In this document: positions 41,682 to 41,735 of the stretch, piece by piece
Layout: each line of letters opens with the position of its first letter
Position numbering within the stretch: the first letter of the stretch is position 1
Source of the DNA: a virus
Virus genome (UHGV): UHGV-1359735
DNA length: 41,735 nt
Reading direction: 5' to 3' (one strand)
Made by a program: the position numbers and the translations under genes
Notes under the pieces: generated by a model
The model's database searches: none
Told to the model about the DNA's origin: nothing
The model's input: only the letters and a program-made list of their open reading frames with translations

Positions 41682-41735
41682 CCTTCACCTCTACGCATTG
41701 AATATTATCTACGCTCGGCGAAACGTCGTCCCAGG

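Larger units (their letters stand above)
1..41735. mobile_element. Temperate phage genome (complete or nearly so, possibly circularly permuted)
   Basis: Phage genes are continuous across the window: immunity, replication, recombination, integrase with att-like repeats, terminase, portal, capsid, tail, lysis. No recognisable host housekeeping genes. Confidence 0.85.

Noticed and set aside
41327-41698. 123-aa ORF overlapping the Zn-finger gene in another frame
   Set aside because: Its Arg/Pro/Ala-rich composition is typical of an off-frame in GC-rich coding DNA. The 41349..41681 frame has a proper SD and a Cys-cluster motif.

Overview
The whole 41.7-kb window is phage DNA. It is a temperate phage with lambdoid-style regulation and a T7/epsilon15-like podovirus structural module; the family assignments are from my own reading of motifs, not from database searches. 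Read right-to-left on the minus strand the layout is: small nin-like genes (1-1433), a lambda-P-like helicase loader, an O-like initiator with an internal iteron origin, and a Cro-like gene. Divergent from these is a two-HTH repressor without an S24 domain (+, 3846-4427). The early-left operon on the plus strand carries a YqaJ-type exonuclease, RecT, an AlpA/Xis-like protein, a PerC-like protein, an ASCH-like protein and an MT-A70 adenine methylase. Next come a P4-type integrase (-) and an attP-like region with arm-type repeats (10600-10890). The late genes, all on the minus strand, are a Zn-finger regulator, a LexA-box-controlled UmuD'-like gene, TerS, TerL, portal, scaffold, capsid, tail tube, internal virion/ejection proteins, tailspike, a Wzy-like O-antigen polymerase, holins, a GH19 endolysin and Rz/Rz1. 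Low-GC morons interrupt the late region: a beta-helix lyase-like protein plus Wzy (a seroconversion cassette), a 283-aa AT-rich gene, secreted proteins, an Ant antirepressor and an Ant C-terminal paralog. Three things stand out. First, a palindrome TTACC-N4/5-GGTAA occurs 12 times perfectly, always intergenic and directly after -10-like hexamers; it sits at OR and OL but also in front of ant, morons, portal and terminase, a stoperator-like regulon. Second, the repressor has no autocleavage domain, while LexA boxes precede a pre-truncated, catalytically dead UmuD' mimic and (more weakly) the small Ant-C paralog. Third, a ~0.6-kb ORF-free region with two terminators (37780-38400) carries a tRNA-like element. 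A minus-strand ORF leaving the left edge continues in frame at the right edge, so the window may be a circularly permuted complete genome.
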